From assembly GCA_976551045.1 (NCBI GenBank), contig CDPCPM010000073.1:24180001-24244000 (forward strand): a stretch of DNA of 64,000 bases. The letters run 5' to 3'. The notes under the pieces were generated by a model. It had not been told where the DNA came from. It was given only the letters and a program-made list of their open reading frames with translations, and did no database searches. Source of the stretch: Glaucostegus cemiculus. Its lineage: Eukaryota. Shown here piece after piece: positions 51,225-64,000 of this stretch. The position numbers and the translations under genes were made by a program. Each line of letters opens with the position of its first letter. Position 1 is the first letter of the stretch.

Positions 51225-51620
51225 GCAGATTGGATGACTAGTGTTATGGAACACCAGGCCTCTGAAATACTTTATTCTGTGCACTGTCAAAGTAACAGGC
51301 AGACAGAGAAAACGTATTCAAGAATTTTCTCAAAGCCTTCTAGAAGAAACTGTAATATTTCTACAAACCCTGGCCAATGATTTATCCAAGGAGTATTTGG
51401 GGAGACATTGAAAACCTTGAGTTCATTTGCTGGGAGCACACAGAAGAACAGCGTAGACAGAGGGAGGAAGGCACAATTTCCCAAACTACCTATTCTCACC
51501 TTTCAAGCACTTCCTGCCTCACTTGTGGCAAGATCTCTACGTCCTACATTGGTCTCAACAGCTACCTCAAGACCCAAGATCTGGACTGGAAGCAAATCAT
51601 CCTTAAGCCCAATAGAATGG
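51225..51620 (+). mobile_element. RTE (BovB-like) LINE 3' fragment
   Basis: GRQRKR(F)KNFLKAF, and a decayed C-terminal zinc finger CLTCGKISTSYIGLNSYLKT. Confidence 0.75.
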
Positions 51621-51639
51621 TACTAGACAAGTGGCAGAA

Positions 51640-52120
51640 GCAAGTTTGTGAGTTAACGTGTGGTATGATACATTTGGAAGAGAGAAAAATACAAGCAATG
51701 GGTGTTATACATGAGACAGAGTTATACTGAAACAAATCATTGCACTAGATAAATAAAATGGTGAGTACACAATTCCCAAAATGTTAGATAAGTCCATAAT
51801 AGCATGCCAACAACATTTGGATTTTATAAAAGGGGCAGTATAAAAAGAGAGGTAATGCAGACTTTGTACAAAATCCTAGCTGAGCTAAGTTTGGTTTTGC
51901 TCCACTGTTGTAGATATCTCATTATGGGAAAAGTATTAAATGATGGAAAGTATATAATTTGGATTCTCCAGGATGATTGTAGGAATGGGAAAGTATTGCC
52001 ATGAAAAGACAATTGAGTTATTGGCACTATAGCCATTGGAGCAGAGAATACTAATAGAAAATATACAGCTTTTATGAAAGATTTTGATGGAGTTAGTAAA
52101 GTCTGATAAAGTGTGGATTG
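51640..52120 (+). mobile_element. CR1 fragment, old
   Basis: gacaagtggcag, REVMQTLYKILA and atacagcttttatgaaagattttga. Confidence 0.55.
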
Positions 52121-53677
52121 CTTCAACAATTCCTCCTGCACAGCAATGGTTTAATTTGGAGCAAGCAATGCCTTCACGCATCCCACTCCCTCAGAAATGA
52201 GGTTACTGCAGATGTTGTAATGCTCGCAATTGTGTGGGGGGGTGGGGGGAGGGGTGGTTTGTGTATCATGTACAGCTATTCTGCTGAACATCTTTCAGAG
52301 TAATTCTCTTCCACATTCTTCTATTGAATAGGTGAGCAAAATGAAGCTTACCTGCAGCTCCAAGGAAAGAGCACTATAGTCTCAAATAGCTGAGTCTTTA
52401 ATGGACTTGGTGGTGAATGACCACAACCTCCTGTAAACAGGCTTCACGTACCTTTTATTCTAAAGCATTTCTTCACAGGAGATGAGTGTCATCTAGGTAA
52501 GGAAAACAGGCCAAGTTACCTCCTCCTGACTATTTTGGTCCACTCATCAACAGGGGTGTCCTTTAATGTTGGCCAGAATGAGATTGGAAAACTCAGTGCC
52601 AAAGAGAATCTAATCTCAGTGTGTATGCCTTATAAGTGCTGCAATTTTCCTAATAGATGTTGACCGCAGGTAAAGAAAAGCTGGAAAATTCAGTGAGGCC
52701 CAGACATGTGTAGGTTGCATGAGCTGTGAGTTTTCTGGTGACTTGCAGTGGGAACACATGAGGCTGTGATCTCGACAATCCAAGAATTGCAAATCCATTA
52801 TGTCAATCAATGGTATATATCTTTAAAAGTCACAATGATACACATCCCTGCAGGTCCACAGCTACTGGAAGCTGGGTTTTTGTTGTGATGTGCTAATGCT
52901 TATTTTAGTTTTATTCTTTCTTCCCTTCTTTTCTTACCCAGTAGGAACTATTGGAGGGGAAGACCTTCACGGTCAATATCTAATTTTTGTCAAGGAGCGG
53001 AGACGTGACATCTCCTTTTATTTTAGAAATCTGCCTTTTGTTTTGAGTATTGTTGCCCCAAGGTCTGAAATTAATCACCGGACTATGTAAGATATCCTGT
53101 GTGCAAGTGGCTTTTAAACAGAATCTTTAAAACCCTCCAATATCATCAATAAAATATTTTCAGTGAGCTTGGAAGCTTAAGGTTCACTCATGAATGGATA
53201 TACCTAAACCTGTGTTCACATTATACAGGGCAGGGAGTGTGTAAGATCTGTCCCTGTGGTTTGTAGGATTTCTTCCTCACTTGTGAGGATGACTTCTCAA
53301 CAGCTGATGCTGTACTCATTTACTCAGGTGCAGAGAGCGTTTGAAGCAAATAATCATTAAGGGGAGGTTTGGACAACCATATAAAGGAAAGGTGAGTAGA
53401 GGATTACACTGATAGATTTAGATGAGCAAAGACAAAGGGATTTTTTGAATAAAGCATAAATGTCAGCATTACATGGTTGGGCTGAGTGCCCTGCTTCCCT
53501 GCTATATGTAGTCACTCTTCCCGAAGGCCTCTTTCTGGGGAGGGTAACCCTCATAACTAAACATTTTGGATAGCCTTCAAAATCACAGCAAACTTCAGAA
53601 ATGAGAGCTGTCCTCTCTGCTCCATATGAGACAACATATTCCCAATTAATTTCAGTGCAGGAAGTGAAAATGAAAAA

Positions 53678-53780
53678 AAAACCTGCAGATGCTGAAAGTC
53701 TGACAGACGCTCAGCAAGTCAGGCAGCATCTGTGGAAAAAGATGCATGGTTAAAGTTTCAGGTCAAAGACCCTTCATCTC
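53678..53780 (-). mobile_element. Penelope-associated terminal repeat fragment
   Basis: ctgcagatgctg...ctcagcaagtcaggcagcatctgtgg...gtttcaggtcaaagacccttcatc. Confidence 0.65.
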
Positions 53781-54114
53781 CAAACTGAATTGATAAGTAT
53801 GCAGAAGATAAAAGCAGCAGGCAGCAAGTTGTAAAAACACCACACTGAAGTATTACACCTAAACATATATGATCTTTCCCCAGAAATCCAGCCTTGTCTT
53901 GTCTTTGCATTCCCACTCCAGGAATCTCATCATTCTGGAGGACAATAACACTATTGTAAAGGTACAAAAAAAATCGAGAGGAGACCCTGGGACATCAACA
54001 AATCAAGGACAAATTAACTAAAGCCGTCAATGCATCCAGAGCAGACAGTCAGCCCCGTAGTGACTTCCTGTGGCATTGGCCTCATCAGCAGCTACCAAGT
54101 TTACCAAGCTCTGG

Positions 54115-54248
54115 TTTATTTTTTTTAATTATTATTTATTTTATTTTTTTTATTTACAGCGTGGTAACAGGCCCTTTCGGCCCAACGAGTCCACGCCGCC
54201 CATTTTAAACCCCCAAATTAACCTAGCCGTACGTCTTGTTTTAGAATT
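54115..54248 (-). mobile_element. Short poly(A)-tailed SINE 3' fragment, young (CpGs retained)
   Basis: T-rich tail, then tacagcgtggtaacaggccctttcggcccaacgagtccacgccgcccattttaa. Paralogue at 36364-36480. Confidence 0.8.
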
Positions 54249-54779
54249 TGTTTAGTTAGAATATCTGTACAATTCTTCTGACTTTTCTCAACAGTAAACA
54301 AATATTAATTGGATTTATATCTCTAATTCAAGTTTTCTAGGCTGAATAATTAATATAAATTTCCATTTCAATCTTTGTTATATTCCTATCATGCAATGTC
54401 AGCAACTGGAAAAATAACATATGTTCAGAAGAACAACCTGAGTTTCTGACTAAAAATCTGCAGCTTTTAATTGTGCATCACACTCCAATAATTAAAGGAG
54501 TTATCTAAATGTCCCTAAGAGCTATCGAATGCAAGTTACAGGGCAGGAACCAGATGGAATGCAATTTTTTGACCGATGAGTTATCTGTCAAATTTGATTA
54601 TTGATTGAACAGTTATGCTTTAATCATTTCACCAGATTTGTTGCACTGAATTTTTAAATTAACTGACCATATGCAACCAATACTTCAGGGATGCATAGTA
54701 TTCATATTATGAGAGAAAAATTATTCAATTCTGAGGAGACATAGTGATTTCTACACATGAAATGAAAAACCTTTTTAGG

Positions 54780-55365
54780 CTAAAACTAATGATTTTAAGA
54801 TTAAAATTCATTCCCTAGCCATTGAATCCATCCCTCTTCCTGCCAACAGTCTGAAACTGAAGCAGGCTGTTTATAAACTTGGTGTCATACTTTATTCCAA
54901 GTTGAGAAATGTTCATGCTGCTATTGACATTGCCATTTTGTCCCACCTGACTCAGTTCCTGCTTCAGCTCACCTTTCACTGAAACCCCATTTCAAACCTT
55001 TACTTCACGTGCAGGCATGCCCATTCCAGTGTAGTTCTGTCCAGCCTAAATCATTCTACCCTCTGTAATTGAGGTGATTCAAAAATCTATTGCCTGTTCT
55101 CCTAATCTACATCAGATTTCTTTCAGCTGTCACCTCTCTGTCCTTCACTTGTTCCCAGAAAAGTAATATCTTGATTTTAAAATTCTCATCTGTTTCAAAT
55201 CCCTCTGTGCTCCTGCCCTGCTATGTGTCTGTAGTTCTCTTCCAGCTCTACAAACCTCTGAGCTATCATTGCTCTTCCAGTTCTGGCCATATGTATAAAT
55301 GTAGCTGGATCTTCAGTTGCCAAGGTCATAAGCCCCGGAATTTCCTCTTCAAATATCTCTACCTC
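54780..55365 (+). mobile_element. L2 LINE 3' fragment
   Basis: Encodes LKLKQAVYKLGVIL (L2 motif ..VRNLGVIFD). Also cttgattttaaaattctcatc and ggaatttcctcttcaaat, ending in (CT)n. Confidence 0.7.
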
Positions 55366-55479
55366 TCTCTCTCTCTCTCTCTCTTCCTTTCAGAAGATGT
55401 GCTGAAGTGTCTCCATGCCAACAGAAGCTATGAATCCCATAACAACAAACATACAACTGCCCACAAGGATACGTGGCAG

Positions 55480-56196
55480 GCACAATGCGGAGAACTTGGT
55501 GCCAAGGTTCACACTGGGGCAACTGAGCAGCTTCTGGAGGGTGTAGAGGAGGAGACCCCAACTGCCTCTGTTTTGGTCAAGAAATACCATGGCAAAAAGC
55601 TACTGGACCTGAGACCTGTGACTGTGATAAGAGAAAGAACAAGAGTGGGATCTGTGTTAAGAGGGAAGACCTCACAGCATCTTTTGATCATGGACATCAC
55701 TGGCATGGTGCAAAATCTTGCCAGGGCTGACATATGGACATTGAGGGGTACATATCATTGGGGAGAATTATGAAGTTGGTGGACATGGAACTGATTATAT
55801 CATGTTGCCACCTGTTAGGACCTGACATGAAGGAATCTAATATTCAGGTGTTTGAGACTAAATGTTAAATATACCCACCAAGACATATAACAATGACCTT
55901 TGCAAAGTTTGCACTAGATCAAGATGCATCCGTGAAGGCTGGGGACATGAGACCTCACTGACTGGGATATCCATCCTGGCAACTCCTTGTATCTTGATGG
56001 TAGACAAAGGGTTTGCCCCTAATAAGCAAAAAAGCTGCAGATAAAAATAGTTCAGTGGTCTCTGTGAAACTAGGCGGGACATTAAGAGGTCCATCATGGT
56101 CCTTTATGACCAAGTGAAACATCTCATATTCCACTCGGGTGGCATGGCTTACAACCCAATGGTATGAATGCTGAAATTTCCGGTTGCAGGTAACCC
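55480..56196. pseudogene. Possible compressed Harbinger relic: Myb-like start on +, transposase pieces on -
   Basis: Plus strand PRFTLGQL/EQLLEGVEE. Minus strand LPATGNF, YLQLFC and RY.G/SCQDG (compare RYPGSCHDA). Confidence 0.35.
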
Positions 56197-56340
56197 NNNN
56201 NNNNNNNNNNNNNNNNNNNNNNNNNNNNNNNNNNNNNNNNNNNNNNNNNNNNNNNNNNNNNNNNNNNNNNNNNNNNNNNNNNNNNNNNNNNNNNNNNNNN
56301 NNNNNNNNNNNNNNNNNNNNNNNNNNNNNNNNNNNNNNNN
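56197..56340. other. Assembly gap (144 N)
   Basis: Run of n characters. Confidence 0.99.
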
Positions 56341-56615
56341 TCTCATTGTTCAACTTTCCCATCCCCTCCCACTGCTTGGTTTCATCTGCCCATCATCCCT
56401 TCCCCATCTGGTTCCACCTACCATCTACCAACCTCTACCCCACCTCTCCCTTGCCCTGCTATATAACTGGCTATCTTTCCCCTTTCCTCTCAGTCCTGAT
56501 GCATGGTTTTGACCCAAAACATCAATTTACAATTATTTTTTACTTCACAAATGCTACTTGATGGAGTTCTTCCAGCATTCTGCATTTTATATTCAGCATC
56601 TGCAGTCACTTTAGT
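56341..56615 (+). mobile_element. Penelope-associated repeat 3' part
   Basis: Pyrimidine tract, then cagtcctgatgcatggttttgacccaaaacatc...gagttcttccagc...cagcatctgcagtc. Confidence 0.7.
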
Positions 56616-57285
56616 CTTCTGATCCATAGATGAGTAGACTGTGGGAAGGATGTCACTTTGACATTACTTGGCATTTTCAGAACAATGGAATGAATCAAGG
56701 GCAAGCACTTCAGAGGAAGAGTCTGCAGTCTGAACAGCAAGAAGGGGCTGGCTCACAGAAGTTTTAGGAAAGTAGTGTGCCACAAACAAATTGAGCAGCA
56801 TGAGGCTCGGCAGGAGGGTGCTGCAGAGAGGAGCATCAATTGTGTCTGGCAAAGTTGAAACAGACTGATAAGTTGAATCTACTTAAGTTCTGGGGAAAAA
56901 CTCAAGTGTCTTCAAGAATCTTGAGTTTTACAGATTTGCTCTATGAACTGCATCAAGCTCAGTTTGAGCTGGGTCTGTTGCAAAATGAAGGCAGACCAAA
57001 TCTCTTAAGATCTTCCAAAGGGCCTGGGCTTTCATTTGGCAGCCTAATACAGTGTATAGTGACAGAATGAAATTGGCTATGTCAGAATCCGAAGTCTTGC
57101 AAACCAGCCCAGGAAGAGGAAGTCAGAGGGGATAACAATGACTTCCAAGGTAATAGAAGGAATGGGAAAGGTAGGTAAGGTCTGGTGGCTACGGTGGATC
57201 ACAGCGGAACTTAAAGTAGGATGCTGTGTTAAAGCAAAGGCACAAAGTTGCGAAGTTTAAAAGCAATCAAAGTGGAAATTGCAAT

Positions 57286-57385
57286 CAGTCCTGATGCAGG
57301 GTTTCAACCTAAAATGTCAACGATTTCTTTCCTCCCACAGATGTTGCTCAACCTGCTGAGTTCCTGCAGTGGATTGTTTATTGCT
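57286..57385 (+). mobile_element. Penelope-associated terminal repeat fragment
   Basis: cagtcctgatgcagggtttcaacctaaaatgtcaac...cagatgttgctcaacctgctgagttcc. Confidence 0.7.
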
Positions 57386-58277
57386 AGAAATTGCTATAAC
57401 TTAGTTCACGGTGTGCATAACATGCCAAATATAACATATGATCGTCATCATTAACCTCTATGTCAAGTTTTATGTGGACAGTTTAGGGCTTATAGGTGGC
57501 ACAAAGTTTGTGATCCACAATATATCAATGTTTTCAAAGTCATTAAAGCAATTATGTCAAAGCAGGGAGAAAATCTGTGTGAATCTGGGAAAATGTGGTA
57601 TTGAATTAAACCCTTAATGGTCTTCTGTGAATAGTTGTAAAATGGTAATCATTAGCCAGGTTGGGGATTAACTAATTCCATGGCTATATGTAAACCAGAC
57701 ATGTGGTTCTATTTCTTTTAATTGCAGTAAGGATCATTGTTTTTGTATTATCTGGAGAGCTCCTGCAGAACTGAGATGAAGTAGTCATGTCTCCTTATAA
57801 AGGTAGCCTTTCTGTGCAGTAACCATTAATGCAATTACTTACCTGTTCGTATTTAAAATACAAGACAAAGCAAAACTCTATGAGAATTAAGAATATATAG
57901 AAGCTATCCATACCTTCAGACATCAATGGGAAGAATGGAATAAGAACAAGTGTAAATCTAACATTAGAAAGGTGAAACATTTTGAACAGAGACTGGGATG
58001 ATAATTTTTCTCTGTAGCCTCTTCTAATGTAATGAATAAGTTGTCTGCTTTATTGTTAAGAAGTTGAGGCATGTTGTTAAGTATAGAATTTTGTACTTAA
58101 TGAACTCTCAATCTCTTATACAAGTGCTACTGATTGCTGTTCACTTTGTTTTGTTCAAGAACCATTCCAGTCTTACAGAAGAATCCACTGGAATTATTAG
58201 TTCCTGGAGAGCATGCTTCAGACATGTCAAGTGAAGACTGTAGTGAAGAGTTCAGAGAACAGCAAGGAATGCTGCCA

Positions 58278-59122
58278 AAGGATGCAGCAGGATATAGATC
58301 AGTTGGAAATTAGGACAGAGACATTGTAGATGGAGTTTAATACAGACAAGTGTTGGGTGATGTATTTTGGAAAGTCAAATGCAAGAGGAAAGTATATGGC
58401 AAATGCCAGGACCCTTAGGAGCACTGATGTACAGTGCTCCTAAGGGTCCTTGCAGTGCAAGTCCATAGCTCCTTGAAATTGGCAACAAAAGTGGATAGGG
58501 TGATAAAGAAGGTGTGCAACAGGCTTGCCTTCATCAATCAGGGCAATGAATATAGAAGTTAGGAAGTCATTCTGCAGCTGCATAAAACTTTAGTTAGGCC
58601 ACAATTGGAGTACTGTGTGCAGTTCTGGTCACTGCACTATTAGGAAGGAAGTGGAGGCTTTGGATAGGGTGCAGAAGAGGTTTTCCGGGATGTTACCTGG
58701 ATTGGAATGTAATAGCTATAAGGAGAGGTTGGACAAACTTGGATAGTTTTCTCTCACGTGTCAGAGGCTGAGGGGCGACCCAAAAGAAGTGTATAAAATT
58801 ATGAGAGCATAGATAGAGTGGGTAATCAGAGTCTTTTTCCCAGAAAATGTCCAATACTAGAGGGCATAGTTTAAGGGTGAGAAGGAGAAAGTTTAAAGGA
58901 GATTTGAAAGGTTTTTTTTACACACAGGGAGTGGTAGGTTCCTGGAATGTGCTGCTGGGAGAGGTGGTACAACCAGAATTTTATGAGGCATTTAAACAGA
59001 CACATGAACAGGCAGGGAATAGAGAGATATGGATCATGTGCAAGATGATGAGATTAGTTTAGATCGGGATCATGGGATAGTAAAGGTGGGCTGAAGGGCC
59101 TGTTGCTGTACTGTTCTATGTT
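58278..59122 (+). mobile_element. CR1/HER1 LINE 3' 0.85 kb
   Basis: LVRPQLEYCVQFW, RLRGD and TRGHSLRVR. Tail gggctgaagggcctgttgctgtactgttctatgtt. Confidence 0.9.
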
Positions 59123-60299
59123 AACATAGAGATCAAATGAATTCATAACTGATTAAATTTGCAGCTGTAAAACACTATAAACATTCGATCAATTATATAA
59201 TATTTGTGGGAACAATTTAATTGATTGTATGGATTAATTTTTTTTAAAGAGAAAGCAATGCAGTGCATTTATGCATGATACCTTTAAAACAGTTTGCATC
59301 ATATGATATGACTCTTGATACAGAATTGTGCTCAAACACCTCTTCTTGATTGAGAGTTATTGCTTTCAATAACGGATATTTTGCTTATCACTCTACCTCT
59401 GTTTGTTTGCTTATGTGAGCAGCAACACAAATGAATGGACAGACTTTACGTATTTGTGGCTTTCTATCCCATAATTGCAATCATTTATAAATAAAGTGAA
59501 TAGTTAAGGCTGCAAAAGATCCTAGCCAAACACCACTCTTTGGACCCTGTGAATCAAAACATCTATCCATTATTACAACTCTACATTGCACTGCTCAGCT
59601 AATTATATAACTGGTCAATAGTGTGGCTCCCTTACTAGAACTGTTAACTTCTGAATAATTATTGGTTAGTAATTATTTAATTATATACATTGTTAATTTA
59701 TATGTGCAAATTATGTAGTTCAATGTATAGATAACATAAATGACAAGTACATATATCATGTTTTAAAACACATGGGATTATATAATTCCATGTATTTGTA
59801 TGTTACATTCATAAAATTATATGATCACTTGATTCTTTGGGCTTCAGCTTTAGCTAAAACTCTTGAATCAGGGACACTATCAAATGTATTTTAACTTTTA
59901 ATAATTTGAAGATGTCCTGTGTCTGATGATGTTAGATTACTGTTTTCAGGTTTACCATTAATTGAGGACTGTGCTTTCATTATTTAAGAAAAATACTGAT
60001 ATCCCTGAGTATATATGAACTACCAGTATCTAAATTAGAGATGGATATTTTCCTGCTGCTGGAGTAATCAAAGAGTAGGCAGACCACTGGAGATTATCTC
60101 ATGGCTATTGTTTCTCGAACCCTACATGGAGTTAATTGTGCATGCCTTACCAAATAGTAAATTTCTTTTGAAGCAGTTTGTGGTCTTCAAGAACTATGTG
60201 CTGAAAATTCATGTTAATTTTGAATGAAGGAAAATGGGTTAAATCAAGGCTCATAGAGTGTTTATCACTGAAAAATGTAGGATGTTTTATACAATTAAC

Positions 60300-60815
60300 T
60301 AATAAGGCCATTTTACACAGTGTAGAGGACACCGAGGTTCTCACAAAGGTGGGTATTTCAAGCATCCACGCTCTGCCTAAAAGATCACAGATGAGATGGG
60401 CAGGTCATATCACAGGATGTCAGGCTGTCAAAGGAGGTCTGCAATGTGCTAATGGTGGATAATATTCTCAGGGAGGCCATTAGAAACACTTCAAGAACAT
60501 CCTCAAAGTCAGGCTTGAAACATTTCAATATTGACTTGAGTCTTGGGAGAAACTCACTCATGATCATTCCACCTGATCGTTCATCCTTCCTAAAACTACA
60601 GTCTATCAGTGAAGGAGAATCACTGAGGCAGAAGAAATGAATGTGCAGAAAAAAATACACAACATTACTTTTGTAATAAATTACACAGGCTGATGTGGTA
60701 TCGCCTGCTTAGCATGCTGCAGGCAGCTTAAAACATAAAACTGGCCTGACCAATCACTTGTGCTTTCTGCAACTAAACAAACTGATGGTCTTTTTCAAGC
60801 TCAAAGGAAGCATGA
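60300..60815 (+). mobile_element. RTE (BovB-like) LINE 3' fragment
   Basis: DTEVLTKVGISSIHAL..SQMRWAGHIT, GGH*KHFKNILK and a remnant C-terminal zinc finger. Confidence 0.8.
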
Positions 60816-61064
60816 AAAGGTGAGGTTTCAGCTCAATAGACTTGGCTTGGAGGAACTAGAATTGTTCTAAAACCCAATGTACAACATTAGAATTGTGCTG
60901 ACTGGGTGGTTGTAATAACAGAGAGAGACATCAAAATAATGGAAAGAAATGTGCAAGCAAGACATCAGGTTTTAACTGTACAAGTCGATTCCTTCATGAT
61001 AATTTTCATGTATTTTAATATCCCAAATGGTACAAAAATATTTCCATTATTCCACTGATATTCT

Positions 61065-61490
61065 TTCTTTTTTAATCTTTTTATTGATAACAAATCAATA
61101 CAGGTTAATATATATAACAACAATGTTTACACGTGTATTATAGAGATATCAGGTAACAATCATAGGTAATCATTAAAAAAAGCAATAAAGTATGATATAT
61201 ATAAAAGAAATAGTTCAAAACAATCTCTTGGTTCGTAAGTAAAATGTAAAAGATAGGAAAAAGATTTGTTATATGATTTGAAAAAAACAAAAAAAACCCA
61301 AATCAATAAAAAAAAATTATAACAATACAAAGTAAATTGAACTGAAAATTATTTTTAAAAAAAGGAAAAACAAGACAAGAAAAAAAAATGGGCTAAAATT
61401 TTCAATAGAAACAGGGCAATATAATGTCATCAACTCCGTTCCTCTGAATTAAAAAAAAGTTATAGAAGGGGAAACTACATCATGTGAAAG
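61065..61490 (-). mobile_element. L1-type LINE 3' end with a perfect 16-bp TSD
   Basis: ATTCCACTGATATTCT at 61049-64 and 61491-506. Minus-strand AATAAA followed by an A-rich tail. Target TT/AGAA resembles an L1 endonuclease site. Confidence 0.88.
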
Positions 61491-62959
61491 ATTCCACTGA
61501 TATTCTAATTTGTTTATTTCTGGGGCGGAGGGTTGAGTCTTAATTAGCCGCAAAAGACTTCAGGATCAGCTGTCTTTAAACACCTAAATTCAGACTTTTT
61601 ACTCCTGTCTTTGCACAAATCATCAATCAGATTAAGCCATGTTCTTTTAACATTTTGGGGAAGGTGCATTACTCATATATTTTGTAATCCATGAATGAAT
61701 GCATATGCTTTAATGGGGATGGGAATGAATAATGTTTGTGTCAGAATTGTTACATGTATTCATGCTTATATCTGCAAGCTCCCTCTATTTTCTGTCAAAG
61801 TGATTCAGTCTCTCTTTATTACATGTGGTACAGGATCAGTTGTTTATTTGGGAATATTTATGCAGATTGATTTTCAAAGCAACAATTTGAAATTGTTCTA
61901 TGCAGTAAGGCGCACCAACACGCTTAATGATTTATCTTAACATGGATGACCCTTAGAGGTCCCAAGGATTTAGGGCAACAGCATGTTGACACAAGATTGT
62001 TTACCACTAACTGTACAAACATGCCTGGTCACTCTATTATTTCACGTACATTCATCCATAAGAAAAAATCATGTTTATTCATATCATTGCTGCCCATGAA
62101 AACATAAATTACAAGAAAATCCAATTTCCTCCGACATTAAAACCTTTATTGGAAAATATGTTCTAAATTGCACGCAGTAATGAACTTGTAAATTGCTGTA
62201 TGCTTTTACATAATTTTTCATAGATGGTTAGTTGAAGTAATTGATAAGTAAACAAATCAATCTCGCATGATGAATACCATGCTCAGATATGAATATGTAA
62301 TTATTTTACAAGTGGTATGAATAGTACTAAAATGTAAATTGATAGCTGGATACTATTTTTGTCAGTTATACAATTTTAATATTATTTCTATTGAACTACG
62401 CAGGTTTGGAAGCTGATCAAGGTGAGAATGAAGAGTTTATGGGGTGTTGGTTAGGGAGAGGTCTCAGGGACCATGAGAACATTGATATGGGGATATTGTG
62501 TGGGTGACCACTGCAAATGAGGAAAGGAAAAAAGACACTTATCTTCTGGGAGACCAATATCCTGAATTCCCTAACGATAGCCTATATAGTGACAGGTCCA
62601 CTGGCTAATCCCAGTTAAGACCTGTTCCAGGTAAGACGAGCACCATACATAAAGTTCATCTGCTCATTAGAATAGGTATGTTGTTGTATGTTTTGTAAAT
62701 TGAAGAAAGGCACTTTAACACAAAGTAACATTGGATGCAACTATAGAGTTTACCAATAAAGTTTTCTTCACTTTTGCCTGATTTCTGTGCTATGTGGTTC
62801 AATAACAGTTTACTAGTTTGCTTTATTAACAGAGTTTGAAAGTTTTAAGTATCAAGCTAGAACAGCAGCTCACCTCTGAAACACCCACCATTACAGATGA
62901 TCATTCTGGTGGTCCTGAGACATGCTTGAGTTTCAGAGCCCAATCAGCAATTTGTGGGG

Positions 62960-63420
62960 AACTTAGCCTTGGTCTGGAGCAATCTAAAACGTTTCACATT
63001 TCTTTGATGGGTGCTCGAGCAAGTGACTAGATGGGTGGTATTGGATGAATGCATTGTGCCCGCTACCTGGAATCCTGGTTGACACCTGCCCGATCTATAG
63101 TGGTGATGACTGCCCAGTCTCGCTGTCATTGATCAGGAACTCAGACGTTTTGACATCAACATCACTGCACTGATGGAAAAGACAAAGATATAGAGCTGGA
63201 GGACTTAAATCACTAGTTAGAATTTGACCCTTTACTAGTTCATGATTGTATAAAGAATAAGAAAAAAGGAGCAAAGAGCCATGTCTTTTTGCTTCTGAAG
63301 GTGATCTTGAAAGCTAACAAGAAAATGGCTCACCACCACCTCCTCAAGGGCTTTTAGAGATGAACAATAAACTCTCGCCTTGCTAGTGATGCCTGCACAC
63401 TATAAAATAAATATATAAAA
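62960..63420 (+). mobile_element. Old LINE fragments (CR1/L2 group 3' UTR)
   Basis: aagaaaatggctcaccaccacctcctcaagggc...aataaactctcgccttgctagtgatgcc resembles the tails at 4240-4330 and 7120-7190. Confidence 0.5.
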
Positions 63421-64000
63421 AAGGTCAGTGTCTCACCTGTCCAGTTTCTTTGCAGGGAAGTTACTCTTCCAATTCATTCATAGATTCATTTATGTCTCTG
63501 TGCCATGTTGTTGCCTCTGCTTTAGCCACTTCTGCTACCTGCCTTTCAATTGGCTTTGGTGAACTGTGGCACTAAATATCTCATGAGGCATTTAGTCAAG
63601 CTGCTTGACAATTAACTAACTTTCCTAAACTGCGGCTTTTCCAGCACATAAATGGAACTTTTTTTTTGCAATATTGACTTTTTAAAGACTACTCTCCAAA
63701 GCTCAAGTATCGTATACCTTCTGTTATACATAGGAATTATACTAATAGATGTGGAAATAACAATCCACAAAATTCTAAGCAAATCTCCCTGTAGAGCATT
63801 ATCTGGGCAATTCATCACACATTGGTGCAAACGCAGAGCATGGAAAGTCAAGCTACAAAATTTAAAGCCTCCTCTTGTCTCTCACCAACCTTCTGTCAGG
63901 AAGTTTATCAAAATTGGGTTTTCACTGGTTAATAATGACATTTTTCAGTCAACTGGAAACCCAGACATGAGAGGCAATCTGTTTCCCTTTGTGCTGCACC

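Noticed and set aside
55090-55773. 227-aa ORF as a host gene
   Set aside because: Non-ATG start, runs across an L2 relic and a (CT)n tract, and has no coherent domain.
55955-56561. ORFs spanning poly-X
   Set aside because: Artefacts of the 144-N assembly gap.
59114-59129. 16-bp palindrome tctatgttaacataga
   Set aside because: Formed at the junction of a CR1 tail and flanking DNA. No sign of function.

Overview
Eukaryotic, AT-rich, repeat-dense non-coding DNA, most likely an intron or gene desert of a cartilaginous fish (shark or ray). This is inferred from the repeat mix: HER1-like CR1 LINEs, HE1-like V-SINEs, a Deu-domain SINE, Rex1/Babar, L2, RTE-BovB and Penelope relics. I could not support any host protein-coding exon, rRNA, tRNA gene or CRISPR array. 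Most ORF-track entries are shadows of transposon DNA or chance. The most complete feature is a full-length but inactivated Ty3/Gypsy element of the CsRn1 type (22256-26515, minus strand). It has 235-bp LTRs, a GAAT target-site duplication (TSD), a tRNA-Trp PBS, a CHCC Gag knuckle and a decayed -1 frameshift site, and its damage is mostly CpG deamination. Also present are two solo LTRs (21137-21845, 47214-47907), a decayed two-gene PIF/Harbinger transposon (~29.8-35.2 kb), an L1-type 3' insertion with a perfect 16-bp TSD, several nested insertions, five decayed Penelope-type hammerhead motifs, candidate conserved non-coding elements and a 144-N gap. I found no convincing new biological system. 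Family names come from recalled motifs, not database searches, and boundaries of old repeats are approximate.
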